A model generated the notes under the pieces. The model made no database searches, was not told where the DNA came from, and saw only the letters and a program-made list of their open reading frames with translations. The position numbers were made by a program, and so were the translations under genes. 64,000 bases of DNA from Takakia lepidozioides (lineage: Eukaryota; Plantae; Bryophyta). The stretch is taken from assembly GCA_030704615.1 (NCBI GenBank), contig CM060733.1, positions 1,798,001-1,862,000 on the forward strand, written 5' to 3'. Positions 25,500-39,603 of the stretch are shown here, piece by piece (within the stretch, counting starts at the first letter, position 1; every line of letters begins with the position of its first letter).

Positions 25500-27200
25500 A
25501 GCACAAGGTTGCACCCCCCCCCCCCCCTAAACGAGCGAGCATCTGGTCTTCCAGATGTTCCAAAAAGTGTGAGCCCAAGGTTAGAGCTGCCCATACTGGA
25601 CAAGCGCTCCAGATAGACCCGGGTGAATTGGTCCTTGCTTGGCGAAAAAACTTTCTGCGTATTTTTTCTAGAAAACTAAGCAACGTCTGCGCTCTTAGGG
25701 ATGGATCGAACACCTCCCAAACAAGCCCTAAGAAAATGGCTTCTACCCGCCGCGGTATTTTAGTAACCTCTTTTCTCCGCCAATCGTTATTCAAGCTACT
25801 CTTTCCCACATAAATATGGTTTTCCAAAAAATCCCTCGTATTCTTTGATCTGTGGATGAACAGTCTGTCCTTAATTCCCCCTTCACAGCTTCTGAGTTGA
25901 TGGAAGCCAGAGAGGCCATTGCTTCTCTTAAGTCTCCTGGTCTAGACAGTATGCCTGTCGAATTCCTTAAATCGCTCTGGTCTGAGATAGGGGAAGATTT
26001 CGTGCTCATGGCCAATGATATTCTAAGTAAGGGAATCATTCCTTCAGTAGCATCCAAACATGGCTTCTAACCAATAAACTCCAAGGCAAGGACAGATTCC
26101 CTGGCCTCAATCCCTAGAGATGGATTGTCCAAGGGGCAAGATCTTCTAGAGCCAAAGCAATTGGCTCTAAAGCCTGGTAGTCTATTTGGGACGCATGGCT
26201 TTCGTATAAGGCATTTGCTCTTTCAATCCTGTCCTAACACTGTTGAAGAGACTCTCCACCAGCCCATTTTTGGTAACTTTAACGTAGACTCTGATACTCT
26301 CATTTCTTGCGATAGAAAATGGGCCTTTTGGGAGCTTGCTGGGATATCACACTTCAGCCACATATGGGACTCTGGCTCCCTGTGCTCCAAAGCCTCTGCT
26401 ACGGTCGACCTCAACACTCGTAGAGTTGCAGCAGACACTGTGATTAATGCTTTACCCTCCCGTTGGATTTCTATATGCTCCCTTCCAAGAGACCGTCGGA
26501 CTTTGCCCACTTGGCTGGGGCTTGGCTGGGGGGGAGGCCAGGGAGTCCCGATGTTTTCTTTCTATGCGATCTCACGTGTTGCGCCTCTAGTGTATGGGTG
26601 GAGATTCAAGGTGGGCTTGGACGGTGCACTTCTATCACCCACTCAATCTCAGGTTGATGAGTCCTCATTGTACGCCATCAGCATCTATTGCAGACCTTGG
26701 GTAAGTCCGACCCTGTCCCCCCCCCGCTAATCATTCAGAACTATCTGGAGACGTTTGTCTGGTTTCTGTGTGCACCCTTCCAATCACTCCAATTCGATCC
26801 TGCTGGATCTCGGAAGAACATCCCCCGTTCTTTGCCATACTTGGTTAAGCTTGGTTACTCTCTCCTTAAACCTCCTGTTGTATTTTCGGATAAGTGGAAT
26901 GTGAGATGGGGTCACCTGCCATGCCTCCCAACAAGCTGGAAATCAGTTTGAAAGGATGTCTGGAGGAAAGACAGGGTTGCGAAACTCGGCGGTTTTTTCC
27001 GGACTTGGTTAACAAGATTCTGCCGGTTTCTACCTTCATTGCCGATCCCCCTCTTCTTGTGTGGTTTGTAACTCTGCTGGTCCTTAGACAATTGAGCACC
27101 GCTTGGTGGAATGCCCTTTGGCTACTTATATGTGGAGACTGGTCTGTAAGTTTTATTCGCTATGGCGTAGGGATTTCCCTCTGGATGCCTTTGTCCTTCT
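25500..27200 (+). mobile_element. Highly degenerate L1-clade LINE fragment
   Basis: PFTASELMEA...KSPGLDSMPVEFLKSLW (start of RT), followed by a remnant zf-RVT-like region with stops and frameshifts. Confidence 0.7.
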
Positions 27201-27289
27201 GCTAATTAACATCCGCCTTCCTTTTGAGATTCACTTCTTTGGCAGCACGAAGCTCTGAAAGGTTTCTCCGGCTGCATTGTAAGATTAGG

Positions 27290-27505
27290 GAAACACCTGG
27301 GAGCGACAGCTCACAAATCAGGCCCCTTAATAGTGAGAGGAGAAAATAACCTCTTTCACTGTAACCGCGCCATGAAGGCGTAGAAATGGGACACCGCCCA
27401 AGGGAAGGGGGAGAAGAACATACCACACCCGTCAAGTAGCAGAAATTGACCACAGAATCATCTGGGTGGCATTCAGTGCACTAACCAAACCTACAGACTG
27501 TTGGT
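27290..27505 (-). mobile_element. SINE family D copy
   Basis: Aligns along its length with 44872-45079. Confidence 0.75.
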
Positions 27506-27801
27506 GTCTTTTCTCTCTTTAATCAAAATCATACCATCAACAAGTAATAAACCCATGAAAATTATTTATATTTTTTAATTTGAAAATTATTGTATGAAGT
27601 GCAGTTTCCTAAAGATATGTAAAGTTAGAATATAAGGTTACAAGTGGGAGAACATAGTTACCTCAAATATAATTTAAGGACTTGACATTCTTTACATAGC
27701 TGGATTGTGTGGTCTAGGGGAAAAGAAAAGACTTTGAACCAAAAGAAGAGAAGGAAGAAGGGAAGAAGACGCTTGCCAAAACAAATGTAATGTTGTGATG
27801 G

Positions 27802-27950
27802 CAACCAAGTTGTAGCCGAGTGGTAATGGGTTGGTGTCACAAATGGGTCCACCTTCCCGCCGGAAGGTGGTAGCCCTTTCCGGGTCAAGAGACACCAAAA
27901 TTTACGGTTTCTTGGGGAGGCGCCATATATATATATATATATATATATAT
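27802..27950 (+). mobile_element. SINE family C copy lacking the B-box segment
   Basis: A box TAGCCGAGTGG, body homologous to 21798-21984, and an (AT)n tail. Confidence 0.78.
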
Positions 27951-30900
27951 GCAAAGGGAACGGAGGCCTTTCTAATCAAATTAAATAAGGAAAGATTACA
28001 AAATAGGTGGAAAAAATAACCACCTGGGGCCGTAAGTACTTACTGATGGGGAACATCCCAGTCACTGAAGCTAAGCAAGCTAAAGATAGAACAAGGGTGG
28101 AGGAGAAATAACGAAGGGTGTCCACTAGAAGACTTCCCTAAGACAGCTTGGAGAGATTGAAGGTAGATCGAGCACTGAAGGAGACGGAGCAGTGTAGGAG
28201 AGACTTAGCACCTACTATAGTAGTCTTACTATAGTGAAATTACACTAAGCGGAGGGAACCAAAATCTGCAGGGCATTTAGAACTGCAGGCAGGTGAAACG
28301 AGCTAGAGTAGAAAATTGACATCTAGCTAAATTGGAGCTTGGCCTTGAAAATTGCGTCCTTGGAGCGCAGGCGCCGTCAGTTGTGGTCTCCCTCTTCACC
28401 CCCAGCAGGGGTCTTGCCAATGGTCGGGGACGGAGTCCTTCCATCGAACGTTGTTGGAAGTACGGGTGCAGAGCAGGTCGCTCTTGCCCCAGGTGAGGTC
28501 AAAGTCCTCGAGGAGTTGGGTCCTGATGGCATCCGAAGATTTTGAAATAATTGCACACAATGCCACCCAAGCCTTTCTTCCCTCAGTCATCAGATCAAGG
28601 TATATATACACAATGTAGTTCTGATGTTGGGGGGTCTCCCCTGGTACCTAAGCTTGCATCTTGATTTCCAGATATTCCAAAGCGAGTGGGCTCTGATGCA
28701 AGACCAAATTGGGCAAGATAAGGAAGAGGACCCAGGTTGATTGTTCAACAAGAACAAGGATGAAGCTGGTGAGGAAGGTAGGGTATTCTAGTTCGAGTAG
28801 AATCGGGTGACCAACTCCCAGATTTTGCGAACATGAGGGCATTGCACCAGACAGTGCTCGATTGTCTCCATGTTTTGAGCACAAATGGGGCAATGTTGTG
28901 GGCCTTTCAGTGCGTTTGCATTGACAGGCAGAATTTTATGAGCCACCTTCCACAAGAAGGCTGATACCTTGGCTACTTTGTTTTTTTTCCAGACTTCCTT
29001 CCAAACAATGGTCCAGTTCGTGTTGTCCCCCAGAGCATGTCTCCATTTCTTTTTCCATTTAAGGCCGAAAGAACATAGAGGTGAGAGCAAGGAGTACCCC
29101 TTTGTAACAGTGTATGCGAAGAATGGTAATTTGGCCCTGTCCATCCATGTCCACTCTGTAGGATCGAATTGCAACCCCTTGATAGGGTGGCGCTTGAGAA
29201 ACCAAAGGAAGTAGTTGCTGCTAACCCAATGAATGAGATCTCCAATTGGGGATTGCGGGTTGCAGACCCCAGTTCCATCGATGACCCTAATTGGGAACTA
29301 GGTATGCACGTTGGTTTCCTGCTGTCCTATGAAGCTGAGCATACCAGAATGAGCCACAAGGAATTCCAGCCCCAAGGCGAGGTCTCCATTCCTAGATAGA
29401 ACAAGTATGACTGATCTTGGCCTGTTTTGATTGCCATCTGCCAACCAGACTGGGACACCATGATGGGTGCTGCTCTCTCTTAGCAGTGCCAGGCTGTATT
29501 TTAGGATTTGTTGGGTGATGTTGTCCTAGTATATGGCCCGACTGGATCCCACCGATGTTGACACTTCTTGAGTTGAGATGAACTCCCTATTCTCCCAAAC
29601 ATTTCCCAAGTCAGTGAATCCTTTCCCTTCCCACTAAGCCCATTTGGGTTTGAACTGAAGGAGGCTTTCAGATTCGAGGTTGAGATTCCCAAATATTGGC
29701 CGCCGTAGGCATTCAGCCTTGGTTAGTGGCACGCGTAGGGTAAGGTGCCCTCTCAGAAGTGTCCACGCTCTCCAGATTGACTTCCATGCATCAGAGCCAA
29801 GGGCATACTTAATGGTTTTTCCCCGAACAATCCATCGCAGGGACAGGGTCCACAATTTAGAGGAGTTCGGAATGGAGCCGGTAAGATAAGGCTGCGCCAG
29901 CTTACTCCACGGTGAGAAATGAAATGAAATGAAATGAAATGGTGCTTTATAACATCCGCGGAAAGCTCATAGAGCTTATGGGACAAAATGGAAGAAAACA
30001 TGAGAGAGGAACAAATCCAGAAACCACAATTAATGTTCTAGCGATTGTCTAAGGGTGAAGGCCTCGTGTAGGTAGGCTGCCAAGCATTTTTTATCCTCAT
30101 AGTGGAAGACATCAGTGAGAGTTTGGGTTCCACTGAATAAACAGTGGAATCTCCCACGGTTCTCGTAGTATAGAGGGCAGTAGAAGAAGAAGTGTTCTTT
30201 AGTTTCAATTTCCTTGTTGTGCCCTATGCAAGCTAGACATAGGCGGTCCTCCCGTTGCAGGTTTTCCCATCTGCCAGTCTCTATCCGTAGGTTGTGGGAA
30301 CTCACCCTGAACCGCCCCAATGCCCTCAGGAGGGGAGGAGATAAGGGTGCTGAAAGGTAATTTGGTCTCAAGATTCTATCATCGCGGAGCACCAAGAATG
30401 TCTCTCGATAGAAGTGGAGCTTTGTCGTGAGATTGGGTAGCTTCCAAGTTTTCTTGACATGTAATTCCATAAGCTCTCTCCTAATGAGTCTGTTGCGGTC
30501 ATGTCTCGATGTGATGTCCACCTCATCTGGGTTCATTGGTAATAGGAAAGCAGTAGAAAGTCTGTTACGTCGAAATAAACTGTCCACTCGAGCATACCAG
30601 GAGTTCCTGAAACCTGCAGCTTTGAGCCTCATAGATGTTGTGAGGGCCCTTGCCACTAGCCCTTTGGGTGGAAGGGCCTGCAATCTATGGAGAAAGATTG
30701 TAAGCCTGAAGAGGGCCTCGGATTGCAATGGTACACATGTGAACTCTGCACCTAGGATCTGAAATGGAGTTGTGCTCCTGGCGCCAAGCACTGCTTGGAG
30801 TAAAGATGACTGTAATGGTTCCAAATTCTTTTCCCACCAGGAGACAGGGACACCAAGTGCCCAGAATTCACAACCACAGATGGTAGCAGGGCTGACGACG

Positions 30901-31950
30901 GTGTCAAACAGCCACGTTTTGGTCGGGGGATGCCGCAGATGTATTTGCTTGCATTTGGCCTGAAGGCGGACGGAGGCCGCCTTACCTTTAGTCAATCTGT
31001 CCAAGGCAGTGGCTGCAAAGTGAAACTTGGGGGAGTGGATAACCAGACCCAGGTACCGGTATGATTTCACAATCTCAATTTCCTGCTGGTTGAAGAAGAT
31101 GAATCTACGATCAGCCTGGCCATTGAAGACCATGATCTTGGTCTTGCTAAGATTGACTTGCATCCCATAGTCTTTGCAAAACTGTTCCAAAATTTTGAGA
31201 TGGCGTTACAGAAAGATTGGGGATTGTGCCAAAAGGGCAACATCATCAGCGTAGAGGAGATCTGATTGGGTTGGTCCCCCATCCAATGGTACCCCAACCC
31301 CATGGTTTTTTTATATGTAATTCTCCAAGGCGTCAATGTAGATCCCGAACAGGGTAGGTGAAAGGGGGCAGCCTTGTTTGACTCCAATGTTGCTGTGGAT
31401 CTCGGCTGAGAATTCACCAGCGACGTTGACCATGCCAGTGACAATCTTCATACATAGAAGAGATAGCACAAAGGATGTCTGGAGGGACGTCCACTCTATG
31501 GAGCCGTTGGAAGAGAAGGTCCCGAGGAACTGAATCAAAGGCTTTGTGAAAGTCCACGAAGCAAACATAGACCATTCTTTTGTCATAGCGTGCACTTTCC
31601 ACCATAACCTGAAGAGTGAAGATGTGGTCAATAGTGGATCTGTTGCGACGGAAACTAGCCTGTCCCTCAGCACGAATGCGAGAGGACTCAGCCCAATCAT
31701 CCAGTTCCATGGCCACTACTGCCCCAAACAGTTTAGCAAGTAATGAGGACTCCATAATAGTACGATAGTTTGTCGGTGCGAGCCTGTCACCGCTCTTGAA
31801 AAGTGGGTGGATGATGCTCTTTGTCCACTCTGTTGGAAAGCCCCGTTGCACCACCTCATTGAAGAGGTTAGCTATAAAAGGGGCTAAAGTAGGTGCATCA
31901 TGCTTGATGAATTCAGTCTGAAGTCCTGAAATGTCCACAGCTCTGCCATT

Positions 31951-32241
31951 TGTTAGAATTGAGCAAGAACATGAACAAGAACTAAAGTCTTAGACTAAAG
32001 CTAAAACTAAAGCTCTCCTCCCAACCATAGCAGCCACCATCATACTCTTACACTTAGACTAGTGGCTTCACCCCCGAGCTTGTACAAGAAGGTCTCTACG
32101 AGTCCTATTTGGTCACTTCCACTTCCACTATGGTGACCATCCACCTTCCAAAGGTGAGTTAAACAAGATAGTCTCTTAGACTTCTAAACCTTTGGCCTTC
32201 AAGACTCTTAGTCTTCTAGATATGTTTAATTACTTCCAACA
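31951..32241 (-). repeat. Copia 3' LTR
   Basis: 291 bp; differs from 36322-36613 by 7 substitutions and 1 indel (manual count). Confidence 0.95.
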
Positions 32242-35200
32242 CTCCCACTCAATTAAACCATATCATTGAGCTACTTCGTTTGTCTTTGGAGAAGAGACAC
32301 CAAGTAAGGCTGAACACTTCATGTGTTTTGTTTGTGGTAGACTCTTCGTTAAAACATCCGCAACCATATCTCCTGTAGCACAATAGATCACCTTGATCTC
32401 TCCCTTGCATACAACTTCCCGTATGTAATGATGTTGCACTTCAATGTGCTTCGTCCTTGAATGATACTTCGGATTCGGACTTAGTGCAATCGCACTTTGA
32501 TTGTCACAATAGAGAGTTGTAGGTAGTGATTGGAGATGACCCAAATCTCCAAGCAACTTTCGTAACCAAATAGCTTCCTTTGCTGCTTGTGTAATGGACA
32601 TGTACTCAGCTTCTGTTGATGACAACGCTGTTGTAACTTGTCGTTTGCTAGACCAAGATACAGTTCCACCTGCTAGGAGAAAACAATGGCCTGAAGTTGA
32701 TTTTCTACTATCGACGTCTCCTGCCCAGTCAGCATAAGCAAACCCCAACAAACTTGGATCTTCCACTCTCTTGTAGAGTAGACCGGAGGTTGATGTTCCT
32801 CTTAGATATCAAAATATCCTCTTCACTGCTTTCCAATGGGTTTGTCCGGGATTTGAAAGAAATTGTGAGACCACTCCCATTGAATGTGCAATGTCTGGCC
32901 TAGTACAAACCATGCAATACATCAAACTGCCGACTGCACTTTGATAAGGAGTTTTCCTCATATCCACTCAAGTGCTCTTCTTGAGTCTTAGGTGCCATAT
33001 CTTTCGTAAGTTTCAAACCATCTTCGAGAGGAGTTGATGTTGGCTTACTCATCTCCAACTTAAACCTTTGCAGAATTGTCTCAATGTATTGTCGTTGATG
33101 TATGAATACTGTATGGTTCACTCGATCTTTGCTGATTTGAATACCAAGACAGAACTGAATCTCACCCATGTCAGTCATGGCAAACTCAGCACTCAACAAT
33201 GCTTTGGTTTCTGGCAACAACCTTTGACGATCGTTGGTGACAATGATTGTGTCATCCACATATAGAGCTATGACCACAAATTTCTCGCCCATCTTTTTCA
33301 CATAGATGTTTGTGTCAGCAATGCTTCGTTCAAATCTTGCCTTTAAGAGGTAAGCATCGATCCTGACATACCAAGCTTGAGGACTTTGTTTGAGTCCATA
33401 CAAACTCTTTTGCAGCTTACACACAATATCACTTCTTCCTTGTACAAACCCTTCAGGTTGTCTCATGTAGATATCTTCTTGTAGTTCTCCATTCAGAAAT
33501 GCCGTCTTAACTTCCATTTGATGAACTTCGTAATCATGTTGAGCTGCAAGAGCTAACAACACTCTGATACAAGAAATCTTCACCACTAGTGAGAAGGTTT
33601 CATTGTAATCCACTCCTTGAATTTGTGCATAGCGTTTAGCTACAAGACGAGTTTTGTACTGGTAAATAGATCCATCAGCTTTGTACTTCAACTTGAAGAT
33701 CCACTTGCAACCAATGGCTCTTCGTCTTGCAGGCAACCTAGTGAGTGTCCATGCTTTGTTTTGCATCAATGAATCCAACTCTGAGTTGATTGCTTCTTCC
33801 ATTGTAGTTGTCTAGAGAGCGCATCGCTTCTTCATATGTAGCAGGTTCAACCACTTGTGATGCTTCTTCCATAGCTTCAATAGCACTCATAGATGTAATC
33901 AGCCTACTAGGAGCTTTTCTTTCCGCTGAGATCACCTTAGAATTGGCACATCTTCAACTTCATCTCTAGAGTCCATATCAACAAGTGGTTCACCAACTTC
34001 GACTCCTTGATCAACTCCATCAAGTTGAACACCTCTATTATTTGCTTCAGCCATCTCTTGTATTGGCTCCTCATAAGACTCATCTTGGAAATGGTGTAAT
34101 GGCTCTAAGCTCATTCCCATGTCATCTTCTCCCACTACCAAAGAGGGTATGAAGTCTTCATCAAACACTACGTCCCTACTGTGTTTGACAGCCTTAGTTG
34201 TCTTATTGAACAACTTATATCCCTTCACACCTTCTGTGTAGCCAATAAAGATGTATCCTTCTGATTTAGAGTCAAGTTTCCTTCGCTTCTGAGTATGAAT
34301 ATGGACATATGCACGACATCCAAAAATCCTACAATAGGCTTCTGACCACTCCATACCTCTTCTGGTGTTTTTCCCAACACTGATTTGGTAGGTATTCTGT
34401 TGTGAAGATATGTTGCAGTGCCAATAGCTTCTGCCCAAAAATGATTTGAAAGATTCACTTCTTTCAACATACTCCTTGCAGATTCTTGTAGTGATCTATT
34501 CATCCGCTCGGCTACACCATTTTGCTCAGGAGTATATGGAACAGTAAGCTGTCGAGCTATTCTATTCTCTTGACAAAACTGATTGAAAGCCTTTGAGATG
34601 TACTCACCACCATTGTCAGATCTCAAAATCTTAAGAGGCTTTCCAGTTTGTTTTTCTGCAAGTACTTTGAACTCCTTGAATTTCTCTAGCACTTGACTTT
34701 TTTGCCTTAGGAAATTCACCACAACCCTCCTTGACAAATCATCAATGAATGTCACAAAGTACCTTGCTCCTCTAAGTGATGTGGTTTGCATTGGCCCGCA
34801 CACATCAGAATGTACAATCTCCAATATACTTGTGGCTCTTCGTCCACCATCCTTAGGAAATAGACCTCGATGTTGCTTCCCTTCCAAGCAACCTTTGCAT
34901 AGACGCATATCGCTCATCTCCTTCAATGATAGTCCTTCCACAAGATGGTTTGAGAGTTGCATCTGTCTCAACTTCTTAATGCTCACATTACCTAACCTTC
35001 TATGCCACAACTCTGTTTCTGACATGACAGGTGTAGATCCCAACTGTGGTGAAAATGTGGTAAGAGCACTAGAGACATGATCATCTTGGAATACCACTCT
35101 GTATCCCTTTGCAACAATTTGTCTTACTGACAGCAGGTTCTTTGTTAAAGTAGGGACATGTAAGACATTTTCCATCTCTATGGTTTCCCCTTCATTGAGC

Positions 35201-36321
35201 ATAAGAGAGATTGAACCTTCCCCACTAATGGCATGCTTGCTATCATCTCCCAAAAGAACATATTGTGTAGGTAAAAGAGATCTATAGGATAAGAAATGCT
35301 CTCTCTCTGAACTCATATGTTGAGATGCTCCTAAATCAACATACCACACATGCTTCTGTCTAGCAGTGAGAGAGACACAACAAATAGAATAACGTTCCTC
35401 TAATGAGTAGCTATGTTCCCTTGACCCTCTCTGTTGCGCTCATCTGCAATGCGCTTTCTACAATCCTTGATTATGTGACCAAGTTTCTTGCAATAAAAGC
35501 ACCTTACTTTGGCTTTTTTGATCTTTGAGCTAGATTGAGGTTTCTGAAACCTCTGGGACTTCTGAGACATATGTGAAGGGAGTCTTCTATTCAAGACTCC
35601 TCCAGTCTTGCCTGTGAACAAAGCTCTGTCTACCTCTGTAGACGTACCTTGACCTTTTCTTCTTGTTTCCTCCTTGAGGAGAAGTCCTATGACAACATCA
35701 ATAGTTAAGTTGGTTTGTCTTGCTAGAGACACCACAAAACCATCATAAGATTTAAGTAAGGTTGCCAATAACACCATTGCGGCGTGTTCATCAGTCACAT
35801 TAGTTCCCACAGAGACTAGTTGATCTCGCAACACACAAAACAAATTCAAGTGTTGTTCAACTGAGTCTGACTCGGTCATCTTTTGACCATAGAACTTTTG
35901 CGTCGCATACACTTGCGATGTGACATCCTTCGTCTCATATATGCTTGCTAGCTTGTCCCAAACATCCTTAGCATTCTTAGCACTTATAATGAGATGCAAC
36001 TGATTGTCTCTCAAGCTTGTGATGATGCTAGCTCTTGCTTTCTGATCTTTCCTATCCCATATGGCTTGGCCAACAATAGTGTCAGGTCTTGAGACTGATC
36101 CATCAACCACTCCCCATAGATCTTTGTCTAGAAGTACCATCTCCATTCTAATCTTCCAGGTTTGATAGTTAGCTCCATTGAATCGATCTTCCACTCTCAC
36201 ATCTAATGCACTCGTCATAGACATAGAAGGAGGATTGCTAGAAGACGACGCTCCAGCCATAATCAAGTTCTCTCAATCTCAACTACCAACTCTTACCTAG
36301 AGAATAATGGCTCTGATACCA

Positions 36322-36613
36322 TGTTAGAATTGAGCAAAAACATGAACAAGAACTAAAGTCTTAGACTAAAGCTAAAACTAAAGCTCTCCTCCCAACCATA
36401 GAATCCACCATCATACTCTTACACTTAGACTAGTGGCTTCACCCCCGAGCTTGTATAAGAAGGTATCTAAGAAGTCCTACTTGGTCACTTCCACTTCCAC
36501 TATGGTGACCATCCACCTTCCAAAGGTGAGTTAAACAAGATAGTCTCTTAGACTTCTAAACCTTTGGCCTTCAAGACTCTTAGTCTTCTAGATATGTTTA
36601 ATTACTTCCAACA
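36322..36613 (-). repeat. Copia 5' LTR
   Basis: Adjacent to the PBS and followed by the TSD CCATT. Confidence 0.95.
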
Positions 36614-39255
36614 CCATTTTGCAGCTTCTTGATTGCCTTACTGACATTGGCCGTAGTAAAGAGAGAGAAGTGAAGGGGTTTAGAGATTATAGGAGAAGGA
36701 GTTTGGGTTGGGGAATGGTACAAAGATTGTGCATACTCATGCCAGACGTGAATGTCAGTGATTGGGGGGGGGTCTCTATGAGGTTTAAGGAGGGACAAAA
36801 AAGAACGAGGAGAAAATCTGATTTTAGCAAGGAAAGAAGATTGCAACTTGATAGTGTAGGCTTGCTTTTTGGATCTAATGAGGGACTTATAGTGCTTAAG
36901 AGCAAGATTAGTGGACTCTGGAGAAGAATTTGTATCAAGTAGTAAAGATTTGATGTGACGTCTAGCAGTCTTGCATTCTTCATCATAAAATGGTGCGTAA
37001 CGACGAGTGGAGAAGGGTGAGGAGGTAGATGGAAGGGTGAAGGGAAAGGATCGCAGGGCTGAGTCCCAAAGGGCTTGAGTAAGATGTGTAGCCTTGTCGT
37101 TAGGAGATGGTAGATGTAGAATGGAAGGGAGGGTTGACGCTAGGTATGTTTCATACTCGGCGTCATGTAAGTGAGAGAAAAAGGTATTAAAGTGAATACG
37201 TGGGTGTAAGGGAAGAGAAGCAGAGGGAATCCTCACGGGGAGGGAGATGGAAGCAAATGCAAAGGAAAGACAAGAGTGATCAGAATCCGGGTACCTCATG
37301 GTAGAGCAAGGTTTTGCTAAATAAGGCTGGTGGCAGCGTCAAGAGGGTCCCCCTCAGCAAGACCCCCTAGCTTCCCAGTAACCCTGATGCTAAGGGCTTT
37401 GAAAGCCTGTTGCTGTTCCTCTCGCAAGGTAGCCGAGACTGTCTCCTCTAGAGAGTGAGGACTGTTGTTGGATGTGCTCCCCTTAACTATATTAGCCCAG
37501 GAGGAGGCCTCTGCCTTGTGAGCTTGGAGCTCCCGAGCCATTGTAGACGTCGCAGTTCTATGTGTTTCCAGCTCTTTGCTTGCCGTGAGGGGATCTGGGA
37601 GGCTATTCTCTGCGAAAGTTTTCACTTCGCCTTCAAGTTTTGAAAGACGCGTATGTGTGGATTTGTCATTGAGATGTTTCGACAGACCTTGAAGTTTGCT
37701 AGTGCACTTCTGAAGAGAGGCCCGCCAAGCGCTGTCCTGAACTCGCATATTGTTCTCCAAGTCCGTGTCTCTGTCTGTCATGCGTTTCTGCCAATCTTTG
37801 TCCAAGGAGTCCATGCGCTTCATGCGCTTCTCCCAGTCTCTGTCTAGGGAAGCCAACCGCTCCTCCGAGTCATTGTCGCGGGCAGCAAGCACTTGCTGCA
37901 GAGTCTCCTCCGAGATGCATTTCGTTTGTAAGATGGTGATTTGGTCCCGCGTTTGAACATCAGCACTCCTTGTGGAGTACTAGCGCAAAGGAGAGGCCTG
38001 TTGAGAGACAGGGGCAGGAAGAAGAAGCAAAGGGGAATCAGGTCAGCGTGAGGGAGACGGGTAGTCTGCCTCGTCAGCAACCGTCCTTTGGCGTTTGGAC
38101 GTCATGGTGTGGTGGAGGTGGCGCTAGCGCGCCAACGCGCGTGAGCGCAGCGCCGACGTGTTGCCGCGCGCGAGAGAGAGAGAAACGAGAGAGAGAGAGG
38201 AAGACAAAGCCAGAGCCAAAGAGAGAGAAGAAAACTTCTTGAGAGATAATGAATGAGAGCTCGGGGAACCCACTTAGCCAGTAGAGCTGTAATTTGTTTA
38301 CCTGGATCCAATAGACCTAAGCCACCATTCTTCTTAGGTTGACACAATTGATCCCAAGATAGCAGGGCCCGCTTGTTAGGGGCATCCATGGTGGCTCCCC
38401 ACAGAAAGTTCCTAACTAGGGACTCGATCTGCTGTACCAGTTCAGATTCAGTGCCCAAACTGCACCGAAGAACCATATAGATGATAGCAAAATTTGATTG
38501 ACAATCAGTGCCCTCCCAGCCACTGAGAGCATTGCAAAGCTCCAGAAAGCCAGTTTGGTTTTCAAATTTTGAATGACCTTGCCAAACCTTTGCTCATCAG
38601 ATAAGCCATGGCTAATCTGATGCCCTAGGAGCGTGTGAGATTGCCCATTCTCCAGCCACCTGAGTCCAAGCTCCTCACCCCAGAGAGGGCAGTGACCTGT
38701 TATGCTGTTGCTTTGTTGACGGCTTAAGATACCCACCGATTTTTGCCAGTTGATACGCATCCCAGAGGCCAGGCAGAAGGTCTGCAGCGCTTGTAGGGCT
38801 TTATCAATGTTGCTTTTGCTTGAATTGTCTAACAGCAAGGTCGTATCATCAGCATACATTGAGACCTTGACCATATTCTGGTTATCCGCGTGGGGGTGGG
38901 AGATGAAGGCCCGGCTTCCAACAGGTGACCCAGGCTGTCTGATGCGATTAAAAAGAGGAAGGAGGCCAGGGGGCATCCCTGCCTGACCGATCGAGATAAC
39001 TGGAAAGATCAAGAAATTCTTCCATTGACCATTACCTTGCTAGAGGCCCGAGGTCAAGAGGATTTTGATCCAAGTGAGGAAGGAGCCGTTGAACCCAGCC
39101 CTTTCAAGGACCTGAAAAAAGAATTGCCAATCTATAGAATCAAAGGCTTTCTGGAAATGCAACATGAGCAGGGCCATTGGTTGGTTGGTGAACTCGGCTC
39201 TGTGCTAAGCTTCTTGGGTAAAGAGAATATTATCCAGTATCATCCTATCTTTTAA

Positions 39256-39603
39256 GGGCCGCTTTACACTAGGGCCCAAGCCCAAGACCAAGTGAGAATG
39301 GAGCATTCCCATTGGCGGAGGCCTGAAAATTGGGCCCAACGGCTTTACACTACGGCCCAGCCCAAGAAAATGGAAGTGGGTCATTTGCCTACATGGCACC
39401 TACATGGCACAAGTTTTGGCGCCAACTTCTTGGGCCAGAGGAACCCTCCTAGAATGGAGACCCAACTCTAAGCTCTTGGGCCCAAGAAGTTTGGTATTAA
39501 AATAGACTATTTTTTGTGCGATCATGACTGTTTGATCATGGCCCAAGAGTGGTAGAAATTGGCCCAGTATTTCTTGGGCTTGGGCCCTAGTGTAAAGCGG
39601 CCC
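39256..39603. mobile_element. PIF/Harbinger (Tourist-like) MITE inserted in the L1 RT
   Basis: Perfect 32-bp TIR GGGCCGCTTTACACTAGGGCCCAAGCCCAAGA, flanked by TAA and TTA. A partial third TIR copy lies at ~39341-39368. Confidence 0.92.

Larger units (their letters stand above)
31951..36613 (-). mobile_element. Ty1/Copia LTR retrotransposon, structurally complete but with frameshifts and stops
   Basis: TG...CA LTRs at 31951-32241 and 36322-36613, 5-bp TSD CCATT, PBS TGGTATCAGAGCC (tRNA-iMet) at 36309-36321 and PPT at 32242-32250. Domain order is gag (CFYCKKLGHIIKDC), PR, INT (HSDVCGP, LRSDNGGEY), RT (YVDD), RNaseH (ADWAGD). Confidence 0.97.
29915..38245 (-). mobile_element. Near full-length LINE family B (RTEX-like): coiled-coil ORF1 at 37317-37892, endonuclease largely deleted, RT and CCHC at 30030-31938, (CATTT)n tail; interrupted by a Copia element
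   Basis: RT motifs FVDFHKAFDSV and GVKQGCPLSPTLF; C-terminus LRIETGRW...RLCLAC...HFFFYCPLY. Only the terminal SDH of the APE domain remains. Several frameshifts. Confidence 0.9.
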
